A stretch of 64,000 nucleotides of DNA from Takakia lepidozioides (Eukaryota > Plantae > Bryophyta), in NCBI GenBank assembly GCA_030704615.1, contig CM060733.1, positions 36,828,001 to 36,892,000 of the forward strand, read 5' to 3'. This document shows positions 24,580 to 38,029 of the stretch, piece by piece. A program made the translations under genes and the position numbers. The notes under the pieces were generated by a model. It saw only the letters and a list, made by a program, of their open reading frames with translations, was not told the DNA's origin and made no database searches. How positions within the stretch are numbered: the stretch's first letter is position 1; each line of letters starts with the position of its first letter.

Positions 24580-27500
24580 ATGATCCCTCCTACTGCCCGT
24601 CGATTGCAAAGGCGGACACAAGCAAAACATGACGATGACAGACTGTGGAAACTAGAGGAAGCGCGAGCAAGAAGACTGGGTCTTTGGAAAATTCTATGTC
24701 CATGCAATGCCTGTCATGGTGGGAACTGGCAAACCATTGGTCGGGCTAAGCGTCATTTGCTTCTGAACTTGCAAGATCCTAACTTACGAGAACTCCCGGT
24801 GCATCTCTCTGGATTCTCTTCCCTTTGCAGATGCATACTTTTTGAAATTATAAGAAACAGTTCAAATTCTTGGTAGCAGTATTGTTGTAAGGTGTAGAGT
24901 ATTGTACATGCCTGTTTTTCTATTGCCACGTGGCTGTATAATGGCACGTTCCACATCCACTATTGCAAATGAAAAAACTCTCCATCTTATAGTGGACTGA
25001 CATGTGGCATCTAATATGTACTAAGCAGGAAAACTCTGGAGACAAACATGAGGGGTTTAGGACGGAAACCAGCCCTGCAGGTGGTCCTGATACCTTGGAT
25101 CGTAATCTTGACATGCTTAGAATGCTCCGGGAGACATTCGCAACTATAGATAATGGGGTGCAAACTGGTGATGCACATGAGATGGAACACAGGGCCAATG
25201 GGACACAGATGGAGTGCCAGAGCAAACTGATGGTGGACTGCAGAGCGATGGTGATCGTGGTGCAGCGAGTGCCTTACGTTTTGAGCACGAGGCATTCAGG
25301 GCTTTATATGTAGGGAGTTCTTCCTCTCGATTGTCTGCTACCTTACTGCTGTTAAATGCTTGTCAAACCCATGGTGTGTCAAACACCTTTGTCGATGAAC
25401 TCCTTACATTATTAGGAAGACAACTGTTGCCAGCAGACAATTACCTGCCAAAGTCCCACTATGAGGCAAACAACTCATAATGGAACTCGGGCTTCATTAT
25501 GAGAGTATACATGCATGTCCGAAAGGCTGTGTGTTGTTCAGAAGGGAGCTTCAGAATTTGGAGGTTTGTCCAAAATGTCAGGCACGTCGTTATATGGTGG
25601 GTACGAAGACACCAATACCTTGTAAGGTCCTTCGACATTTCCCTATCATTCCAAGGCTGCTTTGAATGTATAAAGCCAAGTCCATCTCAGAGTTAATGTC
25701 ATGGCACTTTAAGAATCGAAGTCAGGATGGCTTGGTTAGGCACCCAGCAGACAGCAAAGCTTGGGCCCACATTGACCAAAAATGGCCTGAGTTTGCAGCG
25801 GACCCCAGAAATCTGCGATTGGGTCTTGCATGGGATGGTGTCAATTCTCACAGTGATAAATCAAACAAATGGTCAACATAGCTTGTCATGTTGGTGAACT
25901 ATAATCTTCCACCCTGGCTGTGTACTAAGCCATTTTTCACGATGTTGGCTTTATTGATTCCTGGACCACAATCTTTGGGAAATGACAATGCAGATGTTTA
26001 TCTGCAGCCCCTTGTGGATGAGCTGAAATTGTTGTGGGAAGTTGGTGTGGAGGCATTGGATGGAAGCAGCCCAATGGGCCAACAGTCATTTTGCATGAGG
26101 GCCATCTTGATGTGGTCAATCCATGACTTTCCAACTTATGGGTTGCTAGCAGGATGCGCACACGGGGGATACAAGGCCTGCCCAGCTTGCGGCCCTAATG
26201 TTGATTCCAGGTACTCCAAGGCATGCAAAAAAGTTTTGTATCTTGGTCATAGGAGATACTTGCCTGTTGTTCATCCCTACAGGAATAACTCATCCCACTT
26301 TAATGGACATGTGGAACATAGAGTAGCTCCTATGGTGGTCACTACAAGTGAGCAATTTGACCGGGCTACAGCCGGAGAGTTGTATCTCGCAATGGGAGGG
26401 GCTGAGGGGGGAAAACAAGACCCTTCAAAGGAACATGGCATGAAACGGGTCACTATTTTGAACCAATTGCCATACTCGAAAGACTTACTCATCCGATACA
26501 CACTGGATGTGATGCATTGTGAAAAAAATTTGTGTGAGAATGTGCTGAGAACCATTCTTGGGGAGAAGGACACGGCCACATCTAGGAAAGATATGGAACT
26601 AAATGTCATTCGTGAACAATTGTGGTTGAGACCCCATCCCTCTCAACCGAACAAGTTGGTGAAGCCTTTGGCCCAATATGGTCTTACTGAAGATGAGAAG
26701 GTGCTGTTTTGGAAACGTTGGCTGTAGTAAAGGCCCCCACATGTTATGCTGCCACATTCCATAAACATGTGGCTGACAATAAACTGTCTACGATGAAAAC
26801 CCATGACTACCATGTAATGATGCAGTAGATTTTACCTCTTTGCATTCGAGGGGTAGTGGGAAAGGGTCCACGGATGGCAATTATGAGGCTTTCTCGAGTC
26901 TTCCGAAAAGTGTGTGCGAAGACCATTAATCCAGCTGAGCTACCGGCCTTAAAAGAAGATGTTGCAATCACTATGTGTCTGCTGGAGAAAGAATTCCCTC
27001 TGTCATTTTTTGATGTCATGACTCACTTGCTTGTACACCTTGTGGACGAATTGGAGGTGTGTGGTCCTGTGTCTAGCCGTAGGATGTATCCTATGGAACG
27101 GTATATGAAGACATTAAAAGGCTATGTAAGGAATATGAGCCGACTTGAAGGGAGCATGGCGGAAGGGTATGCTTTGGATGAGGCCCTAGGGTTTCTAACT
27201 AAGTATATGGCTGAATTTCATGCTACAAGCCGAAGGGTGTGGGACTCCAATGAAGAAGACTCAGTTAGTGGGGAGGTGGTTCAAGGATTGGGAAGTGTAT
27301 GAGTCCTCACCATTCAAGAACGAGACAGTGCACACGAGTATATTTTGCACAACACAGATTGCATGAAACCATTCCTTGAGTAAGTATGTTGCTTATCATA
27401 TCATGTGTGTTTCATTTCTGCCAATGATATAAGCTGTAATCCTAATTTGCAATTCTCATTTGAACAGGGCCTATGAAGAGGAGATGGCTCATAAAAGCAT

Positions 27501-28376
27501 CCCGCACTGAGTTCAGAACATCATTCCTTTGTGGACAAGACCAGGACCACCACAATGGAGAAATTCCATACCCAATAGATATGCGCTTACTGGCTCCATT
27601 CCATGAATGGATTGAAGATGCTGTCCAACGCAAGGTCAGTTCAGGTGAGTCCTATGATTTGGACATATGCCATTTATGTATACCACCAGCAGTACAGTCC
27701 TTGGGCTCCATGTATGCTTACGGCAATCACTTTTGAGCAATACGTGATGGGACTGGCGCCACAGACACGGTGACATTTTGATTCTGGAGTTGCTCAAGTA
27801 TTCCATCAGGAAAGTGAAAACAGTGCAGGTATGTCCAGACGAGTGTTATCCCAATTGGAATATGTGGGTGTTGTAAGAGAAATAATTCAACTGGATTACA
27901 GAATTCTTCGCCCAATTCTATTCTTATGTAGATGGGTGAGGTCACACATGGTGGGCCGGAATGCCACCATGAAACGAGATGATTATGGCTTTATCTTGGT
28001 TGACTTCAGTCGCATGTTACCTCGGATGGAGCGGCCCTGGACATTCCCTAGTCAGGTGGAGCAAGTTTTTTTCTCGGATGAAAAAAGTTCACGAGGGAAC
28101 TAGAAGGTGGTCCTTCACAAGGACCCTCGATCCCAACGAGTGGTTCACGATATTACAGAAGTGGCACTGGGTGAGGGAGACACTTATGTAGGCATGGTGC
28201 CTCCTGAAATTCATCATAACATCATGACTAAGCCTGCTGTTAATTGTGTTCCTTTGAGTGAGGCAGATGAATTGGCCATTGCCAACTTGAATGCACCTGC
28301 AAGGCAGAGGCAAAATGGTAGAAGACGGAGGCAAGCTCCACATGGGAGGTACCAGACCAGTTGTGCTATGGTCTAG
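24580..28376 (+). pseudogene. CACTA (En/Spm) TnpD transposase pseudogene (Transposase_21, DUF4218, DUF4216)
   Basis: ILCPCNAC; IHACPKGCVLF...CPKC; HPADSKAWAHID..PEFAADPRNLRLGL..DG; YNLPPWLC; IHDFP.YG; LDVMHCEKN; FFDVMTHLLVHL; MYPMERYMKTLK; YVGVVREII.LDY; PSQVEQVFF. Several stops and frameshifts. Confidence 0.93.
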
Positions 28377-28659
28377 AGTTGGTTTCTGCTATTGACTTGA
28401 TACAGCATGGTACCTTGCATGGGTGGGAGTGACTGAGCTGTTGGGGTGGGCAGAATTCTAACAAACACACTTTCATTTGTGACAGTGAACCCTAAACAGT
28501 CATGAAGCTGTGGCATGAATACTTTTCTGACCCTAATCAATGGTGGCCCAATTGTGGCAAAAAGGTGAATGTCTGTTGGATTACAGAGAGTAGCAGATGC
28601 ACTTGAGCATATGAACTAGTGTGAGAAGTTGAGTTGGGTGTTTCCTAGAACAAATGTAG

Positions 28660-28850
28660 GCTCTTATTGTCAGCTGCTACCAGCAAGGCAAGGATGTATG
28701 CATGATTTGTGCAGAGGCATGGATAGCTGAAGGAGCAGGGATAGAGTGTGGGTCCAGATTCATCCAAGAGGGCCACATTTCAATCACAACATTGCCTATG
28801 ATTCATTGTGGAAGAATAGCTACAAGAAACCTGCATGGGTAGATTTTCAA
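28660..28850. repeat. Dispersed repeat; inverted copy at ~34545-34710, partial copies at ~32005-32050 and ~32843-32885
   Basis: ggatagctgaaggagcagggatagagtgt and aatagctacaagaaacctgcat are reverse-complemented at 34550-34660. Confidence 0.75.
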
Positions 28851-28999
28851 CTGGAAGCCGCAGCAGTAGCGACACAATTGGTAAAATCAGGCGATGAGGG
28901 CACCTTCTTCAACACATTTCACCCTGTTTTTCCCTCTTATCAGAATCGGCCCTAAATTTCCATGTTGAATTCTGCAAGTTAGCTAGTGGTGGACACATG

Positions 29000-30345
29000 T
29001 ATGCCAAATGTGGGAGCATTGAGGATGCGTGTTCAACACTATGGCTGAACGAGATTGTGCGTTTGTAGTGCGTGTGCAAGTCTGGCAGCCGTGCAAAAGG
29101 GCAAAGAGGTGCATGGTTGCATCACCAAAGCTGGAATTGTAACAGATGCGATCCAAATGTGGGGAGCATCAAGGGTAAGCCTGGCAGCTCTGGAAAAGGG
29201 AAGAGGTCCATGGTTTCATTGTCAAAGCTGAAATTGTACCTGATGTGATTCTGAACAATGCCCTCGTGGACATGTATGCCAAATGTGGGAGCATCAAGGG
29301 CAAGCCTGGCAGCTCTGGAAAATGGAAGATTAGGTCCATGGTTTCATTGTCAAAGTTGGAATTGTACCTGATTGTCATTCTGGACAATGCCCTCGGACAA
29401 TGCCCTCGTGGACATGTATGCCAAATGTGGGAGCATGAAGGGCAAGCCTAGCAGCTCTGGAAAATGGAAGATCAGGTCCATGGTTTCATTGTCAAAGCTG
29501 GAATTGTACCTGATGTGATTATGGACAATGCCCTCGTGGACATGTATGCCACAGGTGGGAGCATCAAGGGCAAGCCTGGCAGCTCTAGGAAAGGGAAGAT
29601 CAGGTCCATGGTTTCATTGTCAAAGCTGGAATTGTACCTGATGTGATTCTGGACAATGCCCTCGTGGACATGTATGCCAAATGTGGGAGCATGAATGGCA
29701 AGCCTGGTAGCTCTGGAAAAGGGAAGATCAGGTCCATGGTTTCATTGTCAAAACTGGAATTGTACCTGATGTGATTATGGACAATGCCCTAGTGGACATA
29801 TATGCCAAATTTGGGAGGATGAAGGGCAAGCCTGGCAGCTCTGGAAAAGGGAAGAGGTCCATGGTTTCATTGTCAAAGCTAAAATTATACCTGATGTGAT
29901 TATGGATAATGCCCTCGTGGACATGTATGCCAAATGTGGGAGCATCAAGGGCAAGCCTGACAGCTCTGGAAAAGGGAAGAGGTCCATGGTTTCATTGTCA
30001 AAGCTGGAATTCCTGATGTGATTATGGACAATGCCCTCGTGGACATGTATGCCAAATGTGTCAGCATGAAGGGCAAGCCTGGCAGCTCTGGAAAAGGGAA
30101 GAGGTCCATGGTCTCATTGTCAAAGCTGGAATTGTATCATGATGTGATTCTGAATAATGCCCTCGTGGACATGTATGCCAAATGTGGGAGCATCAAGGGC
30201 AAACCTGGCAGCTCTGGAAAAAGGGAAGAGATCCATGGCTTCATTGTCAAAGCTGGAATTGTACCTGATGTGATTCTGAACAATGCCCTCGTGGACATGT
30301 ATGCCAAATGTGGGAGCATCAAGGATGCGAAGGCAATTTTCCAAC
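29000..30345 (+). repeat. Tandem array of ~10 units of ~125 bp derived from a PLS-class PPR coding segment
   Basis: Unit gtggacatgtatgccaaatgtgggagcatcaagggcaagcctggcagctctggaaaagggaagaggtccatggtttcattgtcaaagctggaattgtacctgatgtgattctgaacaatgccctc; translates to [30 protein letters not shown] with frameshifts. Confidence 0.92.
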
Positions 30346-31799
30346 ACTATGGCTCTTGGAGTGATTTTGACATGTACCAGCGAAGGGGAGAAAGTGGGGC
30401 CCTCAGTAGACGAGTTGAAAAGCACTAGTTAAAAAGCACTGGCGCTTGATAGGGTGGGGCAAAATTCAGGCTGGGGTGATCATTGATATCCCGGACGCAG
30501 TGTAAAAAAGACGGTTGTGAGTGAAGTACACCCATAAAAAAAAATCCATGCTGTCTCAAAAAGGGAGCCAGTCACAAAGAGCAAGGCACTTTGTCTAAGC
30601 TTCTCAAATCTAGCAACAATGTGGACAGGGAGGGAGTCATTGGGAACAATTTTTGTAAGGTGGCAAAGAAAACCTTGTCTGAGGATCACTGGATATTTCT
30701 CTAGTACGGTTGGATTAGTAGAGATTGAAATCCGTGCTCAGCTCAGCTTCAGACTGTCTCATTGTGAGGGGTCACGCTTGACTGGACAGAAATGGGATTG
30801 ACATTGCCGGGCTCACAAATCTCTGAGACGACATGTGGTAGTTTTATCTATAGCTTCTCAAAGCAATTGTTTTACATTGTTCATTATAGTGTGACATTCT
30901 CATAACGATATTGTCGTTAGCTGCATGAGCAGTGCATCTTTTTGGACTGCTGGTTCCCGGAGGGATTATATGTGACAAGACAGAGGGCAAGTTATAGCCA
31001 ATAGTTGCAGGCAGTGTTCAATATTGAAGAGAATTCTATGCCCTTTCGGTTCTGCCGATCTCCTTCTCATTTTACTTGAGGTTGTCTATTTTGAGAGCTT
31101 TGATGTTTGGATGAAAATGCATTTTGGAATCAACTTAAAGGGATGGCCTGCACTGGTGGGCATTCTAAACGAGCTGGCAAAGAAAAACTACAAGTCCCAC
31201 AGCCCTCTACATGCAGACCCCATAACCCTAATAACCTTTTTGAACTAAATTCTCTAAACAAAAGTCTATGTGTTATGTCGTCCGGGGCATGTTGAATAGA
31301 GGTGGAAGTCATTTTATCCATCCATCTTCCACCTGGATGGTCAATGTGCCACGCCATATAGTTGCCCCAAAGTCCTGTAGGACATCTCACACTCACCTCA
31401 CATTCCATGACTCATTTCACACTCATGTCAAATGCCCCATATGAATGATCTTGGTCAACATCCATTGACCGTATGGGTGTCATTCGAGTGTGAAATTTGT
31501 AACACCATGTGGCTTTTCCTACAATGGTCCAGATCCCACCTTGCCTCCTCTCACATGGGTGTAAGAAGAGCCGTTCAAAGTGCCAGGTGTGAACTATGGG
31601 TGGTGTTGGAAAAACCAGTTTCTCTAGTAATGAGCCCCTCCTGTGTCCCGACCCCCTGCCCTCAAGGCAAAGGGCCACGACAGGATTGCGATTGGGATTG
31701 CGACGCCGGGGCGTCGTAAAAAAGCGAAGCGGGCTCGGCGTCACGGGCTCAGTGCCGCACGGGGCGTGGGGGCGCGGCTGGCGTATCAAACCCCCCCCC

Positions 31800-32830
31800 A
31801 CATTTGTTGTAGTGGCTTGCAGGGTATGCACAGCAGGGGCACGAGATGGAGGCTTTGGAGACCTATGAGCAAATGATTGGGGAAGGGTGAAGCCCGACCA
31901 CATCAGGTTTGTGTGCGTTTGCAGTGAGTGTGCAAGCCTGGCAGCTCTGGAAAAGGGCAAAGAGGTGCATGGTTGCATCGCCAAAGCTAGAATTGTACCA
32001 GATATAATTCCCTGTGGATCAATAGCTACAAGAAACCTACATGGGTAGATGGTCAACTAAAGGCTGCAGCTGCAACGGCACAGTTGAAAAAAACCAGACA
32101 CCTCAACCATGACCACAGCTTCTGAAAGAGGATCAAGAGAGGGAGTCCACAATGCCCCTTCTGGCAATTCTGGGCATGTGAAGATGCTTTGCGGTAGACA
32201 GACTAACAGAGGCTCTACAAACTTTAAACCAATGAGGCATTTCAGCAGATTTAGGTACGTGTGTCTGTCTCTTGCTTATGTGCATCAATTTGGAAGGTCT
32301 GGAAGCTGGAAAGCAGGTGCACACTCACATAATCCAAAGTGGATTCACGCCAAATATTTTTCTACTCAACACCCTTGTCTCCATGTATGTTAAGTGCGGG
32401 AGCATCATGGATGCTCACCAAGTGTTCAACATAATGCCTCGACGATCTTTGATCACGTGGAATATAATGTTGGCAGGAGTTACCAAGCATGGGTGTGGTA
32501 GGAATGCTTTGGAGACCTATGAGCAACTGCTGCGGGAAGGGGTGAAGCCCAACCACATCACATCTGTTTGTAATGCATGTGCAAGCCTGGGAGCTCTGGA
32601 AAAGGGCAAAGAGGTCCACGGTGACATCATCAAATCTAGAATTGTACCCAATGTCATTCTGAACACTGCCATGGTGGACTGCATATATGCCAAATGTGGG
32701 TGCATCGAGGATGGAAAGGAAGTGTGTCGACAATATGGTTAAATGAGATGTGGTGTTGTGGAGTGCGATGATTACAGGATATGCACAACAAGGGCGTGGA
32801 TGGAGGCTTTGGAGACCTATGAGCAATGAT
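31800..32830 (+). pseudogene. PLS-class pentatricopeptide repeat (PPR) pseudogene fragments
   Basis: ORF 32272-32742 LEAGKQVH...NTLVSMYVKCGS..DAHQVF..MPRR..ITWN.M...GVKPNHIT...ACASLGALEKGKEVH; a further fragment at 31800-32010; frameshifts. Confidence 0.85.
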
Positions 32831-34389
32831 GCGGGAAGGGGTGATTCCCTGTGGAAAAATAGCTCCAAGAAACCTCCATGGTTAGTGGTCATACTGTTCC
32901 TTGTCTGCAAACTCACTACCACAAAAACATTTGAAGCATTCTAACCTATTTCATGCACAGATTTCCATTTGTTTCCATTTCTACTTCACTAGTAGGAATG
33001 GTGTCCGTTTCAACCAGAGTCTATGCGACTGGTATCCAAAAGCACCCATTCTGTGACTGGGGTGGCATTGAAGGAAGTGTCGTGCACGACTTCGGGGTCG
33101 GCAGGTTTTTCTGGCTATTAAATAGAAAAATAGAAAAATAAAAAATAGAAATTCTGAAAATGCCGAGTTGTTTAAACTATTGCAATTGCGACTAAAAAAA
33201 TAAAATTTGGCGATTAAAGACTTGTTCAGCAAATATGGTAATGGGGCGAAAATGGCCCGTCGTAAGAAGCACTCGTTCTGCGACTACCATGAATGAAATA
33301 TCCCCATTGCATGATTACAGGGATGATTATGTCACTGCTTCATGTACCTGTTGAAATGGGACCAATACGTAACTACCACTTCATCAACGTGGTGACTCTA
33401 GTAAACGTTCAGTGGACGTTAAATAATCTTTATCCTTTATCTTTTAGGCTTGTACTCTTTCTCTTCTGCTCTTCTGTTCCCTCGCAAGTGTGTCTGACGC
33501 AGCTCCATGTCCTCAAAGTCGTTTCCACTAAGCCATTCTGTGCTATAAACTGCAGTATCCATGAAAAATTGTAGGGCTCCATGTCCTCCAAATCGTTTCC
33601 ATGAAATTTGAGTAAACAAGGATGCGGGCTCCTACATCACCTTTAAAACACGTCCTTCTGAGGGGCCCCCTCCTTTTCTATTTCCAGTGTATTCATATAT
33701 ATATATAGTTGAACAGCCAAAGCGTTTGGCCATGCCAATCGATTTGATTGACACTATTTAGAAGTTGTTTTATCACAAGGTCGTACTAAAGCTGAAACAT
33801 GTGTTGATTTTGCATCGACCTTTGCCTTCGATTGACATTCTGGTTCAAAGTTCTGTCTGTGGAGATTTCTTTGGAAGGCATAGTTTCTTATCATAGTGTG
33901 TGCATGGGTACAAGAGTGGATTCACACTAGCGAATCATAGAATATTTCTTGAAGGAGGTTGGGCGGGCAAAGAGAGCTCCATGCAACCAACATCCAGTTC
34001 GTGTGGAGATTACGTCTCTATGTGATGGCATTGACACCTTGAACAAGCCACTATGCGACACGTGTCATATTTCACACCTTTGACAAGTCACTATGTTACA
34101 CATGTTCGTTCCTGTGTGGTGGTACACATTAGTTAATTATTAATTGATTTCCAATATTAAGTTTGAATATTAATGGATTTAATTTATTGTTATTGTTATT
34201 ATTATTATTATTATAGGGAAAATGGACAGTGGCCTTGATGAGAACATTATTAAATAACAAAATATTTAAATTATGTTTTTTTAGAAATTATATTTATTCG
34301 CTCAGATACCGAAACACACCCTTTGCAGGGAAGGAGAGTTTGCCTTAGTGTCTATGCTGAGTTGCGTCTCCTACTCTCTGTAATCTAAT

Positions 34390-34947
34390 AGGCATTCACC
34401 TTTTTCCATCGGTTGTCCCACCCTTGACTGGGGTCAGAAAAACATTCATTCCACAACTTCTCCTCATCTCTGTTACATGTTTCTGGATACTTCCCTATTG
34501 TCACTTTGGCAGTATCATGTCAAAATCACTCCAAACTATGTATTATCTACCGATGCAGGTTTCTTGTAGCTATCCTTCCACAGGGAATCATAAGTAATCT
34601 GGAGCTTGAAATCCGGCCCTCTTGGATGACACTCTATCCCTGCTCCTTCAGCTATCCAAGCCTCCGCTCAGATCATAATACATCCTTGCATTGCTGTTAG
34701 CAGCTGACAGTGGCAGCCTATATTTGTTCCAGCAAACACCCAATTCAACTTATCACACCAATTCCTATTCTCAATTGCATCTACTACTCTGTAATCCAAA
34801 GGCATTTACCTTCCAAGACGGTTGTCCCACCATTGACTGGGGGTCAGAAAAGTATTCATTCCACAACTTCTCCTTTCTGTTACCTATATCTGGACACTTT
34901 CCTATTGTCACTTTGGCAGTATCATGTCAAAGTCACTCCAAACTATC
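34390..34947. repeat. Direct duplication of ~145 bp (about 34390-34540 and 34800-34947)
   Basis: Shared cggttgtcccacc.ttgactgggg..cagaaaa..attcattccacaacttctcc and cctattgtcactttggcagtatcatgtcaaa..cactccaaactat. Confidence 0.85.
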
Positions 34948-36174
34948 GAAACATGAAAATTTAGGGCGATTCTGATAAGAGGGGAAAACATGGTTGTGAT
35001 GAAAATTTGGACACTTCTGAGGCTGATTTGGGGCCAGTTGTACTGGATAGTCTTTCTGACTCACCTATTTTCCTATACAAATCAACCCTCATGTGATTTT
35101 GGAATTGGGCTTTGATATTTGGGCCAAGGTGCTTTAGATGCCACAAAATCAAAATTTTTTGTAGCCTGTACCAATGAAAATTCATTTTGGTAGGCCCATG
35201 CTTGGTCAAACCGTTTTTTCACTCAAAAACTGGAGCACACTAGACAATTACAGCTTGGATTTTTCTTATGGTCTTCCTAATGACACGGTAAAATCAATTG
35301 AAATTTTTAGAGTAGGTGGATGAAGTAGGTATGGTTACTTTCATACGGTTCATCCCACTGGATGTTTGTGAAATGTCCAATATGCCCTCAAGCATGGGGG
35401 CATGTTCAGTTTAGGAATGGCCCACCAAAAACAGGCTCGTCCATTAGCGGTTAATCCATTGCTTCTTTTCTATCAACAATACATGATAATTGTTGTATGG
35501 GTTTGGCTGGAAATACTGCTTTAATGCCTCTCATTTTAAAAAAGTTGTGAAAAGTTGCGAGCAAAACCCTCCAAGTCTTACTAGTTCATACGCAGTTTTT
35601 TCAAACTTTGAATGAGCTTTAATCCACGCGCTTGCGTGTGCGGAGGACCTTGCACTTTGAGCTTTGGACCACCAGTAAGATCCGAAAACACATGAAGCAA
35701 ATTTGATCTAATGCTAGGAAGTTTGTTTAGATTTCTAGATATACCAAAAGGCATGCTCCCTAAACGTTGCCCATATCGAGTAGATGCAGTGTTGATCTGC
35801 ACATTGAAACGAAGGAGGAGGATTCCGGAGAGGTGCGGAAAGTTCTCAATGTGGAATACAAAGCACAACACATTAATATATGCAACCATTGGGCAACCAT
35901 GAGTGAGATAATGGTTGATATATTCAAAAGGGGCCATCTGGAAAATATTCGTTCTAAACACTTTCCCAAGTCAGATATTGTTGGCAACAATCCAAAGGAA
36001 AGCATTGACTTCAGATCCATGCTTCCTCCAGTATTCAACCAAATGAGCTCCAAATGAGAAGGCTGGTCATTGAAGTGAGCCCGCTTGGTTAACCGTGCGC
36101 AAACCCGAGCAAGATTGTACCTTGGTAGGTCAAATAGGTTTAATTTAGGGCTAAACTTGGAGGATTTATTGCCC

Positions 36175-36610
36175 GGAAAAAGAGTTTTGCTGGCGAAATT
36201 CTTTAATGCGTATTACTTGGAAAAGGAGTTTCTATGACGAAACTCTTTTTCTAACTCTATAAGATGCCATTTTTCTAATGCAATTCCAAGGCTTTCTCCC
36301 CTGTTTATTTTTCCCATTTTTATAACAAATTCTGTCTGAAGAAAGAGTCTTGCTGATGAAGCTTTTTTTACCCTAAAAAAATGTGAGGAATTTTCGTTTG
36401 GAAAAAAGAGTTTCTCTGGCGAAACTCTTTCTAACTCTATCAAATGCCATTTTTCTAATGCAATTCCAGGGCTTTCTCTCCTGCTTTATTTTTTCATTTT
36501 TTATAACAAACTCTATCTGAAGAAAGAGTCTTGCTGATGAAACTTTTTTTACCCTAAGAAAATGTGAGGAATATCTGTTTGGAAGAGAGTTTTGCTGACG
36601 AAACTGTTTT
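36175..36610. repeat. Tandem duplication, ~180-bp unit
   Basis: ctaactctat..atgccatttttctaatgcaattcca.ggctttctc...gaagaaagagtcttgctgatgaa...accctaa.aaaatgtgaggaa at ~36250 and ~36430. Confidence 0.85.
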
Positions 36611-38029
36611 TAACCCTCCAAAATCAACCCTTATAATATATGGATCCCTTATTCTCCGATTTGGTAGATCTTATTTACCCTGAAATATCCGGCTTAAGTA
36701 AGCACTCGTTTGTGGTTACGCCAACATTGCTCACACTTGCATTCTAGCGATATCAATTCCCCAATGTGTAAGATCAGACTTGAAGAAACAATTACAACAA
36801 AAGTTTTAGAGAATCTAATAATCTTCATCCGTTTTGCTGTCCAGAGGCATGACAAAAGAGGCCAATAGAGACTGATGGACAAGAAAATAATACTCAACAT
36901 ATAAGGGAATTATTGTCGGTCCTTCAATAGAAACATAAGACGACAACTTGGAAGATCCAATGTCGTTGAGAGGACGAAGTGGCTGCAAAGTTGTGAGGTT
37001 AGTGGTTTCTTGGTAGCAAATAGAGGCCATCCACCTTATTGATCATCCATTGCCTAAGCCTCACTCCCAAACCAAGTGATGCAACTCCCGGATTTGTATT
37101 TCCCCGTGTGTTAATCTTGCACAAATATTTGCAGAAAGTCTGGTTCCAAATGTTGTAATTTATGGTATTGGCCACCATAGTATTGTAATCCCGCACAAAG
37201 AATTTCAAAATGTGAAACAATTGTGACTTACGATCTTCTTCACTTGCTTGAGAATGTGGTAGTTTGTGTATTACCGTAGTACCTTGGCAAGTTCAACAAT
37301 CATTTGTCGAATATTTATTATATTATGAGAATTTCATTTCAACATATGGAATATTCCCAAAGATTCTTTATTATCATTCACAAAGTTATTTAATTTCACA
37401 AAATCAATTTCCAAAATTTTCAACAATCTTTGAAATATTAAAATTTGTGTCGAAATTGCCAAGGTACTACGGTGGTAGCAGGTGATATTTTGAACCATGA
37501 TTTAGACACAAACAGCTTGTTTTGATCATTCAAAACAAGATTTGAGGATGTCAAGACACTTCTAGAAATCAACCATCTTTATCATATGACCAAACTACAT
37601 CTGTAAAATAATATTTGCCGCCCAACCACGAAACTCCTCATAAGTTAGTGCATAAATTGTTTATATCAATCCGATCCGGCCTAAACTTATATAATATCTC
37701 CATTTGAATGTTCTATCCACTTTGATAATTAAATATCCATCTTGCATATGTGGAAGAATGTTGAAGATGCTTTTGAATAAGCGTGGAAGTTTATTATTGG
37801 CTTACTAACGCAAAGTGTGCATGAAAATAACCATCCTGGTCAACTAATGCTAACTCATCCATGACTATGAGCTCAACATTTATCGAATAATGATTCTTTC
37901 ACACAACGTTAATTTATCGGCATTGGTCGTTAGTTCATCCTGCTGATCACATAAAACTCATCGTTTTGATCCCGACAATTAATAAAAATCCCCGATTTTG
38001 GGTTTCACGACCTAGTACTTCACTGAAAA

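Noticed and set aside
30018-30428. Functional PPR gene
   Set aside because: The unit length shifts the frame and the motifs are incomplete.
35711-36057. FAR1/WRKY-like zinc finger remnant (CPYRVDA...KHN)
   Set aside because: Too short and degenerate to support.
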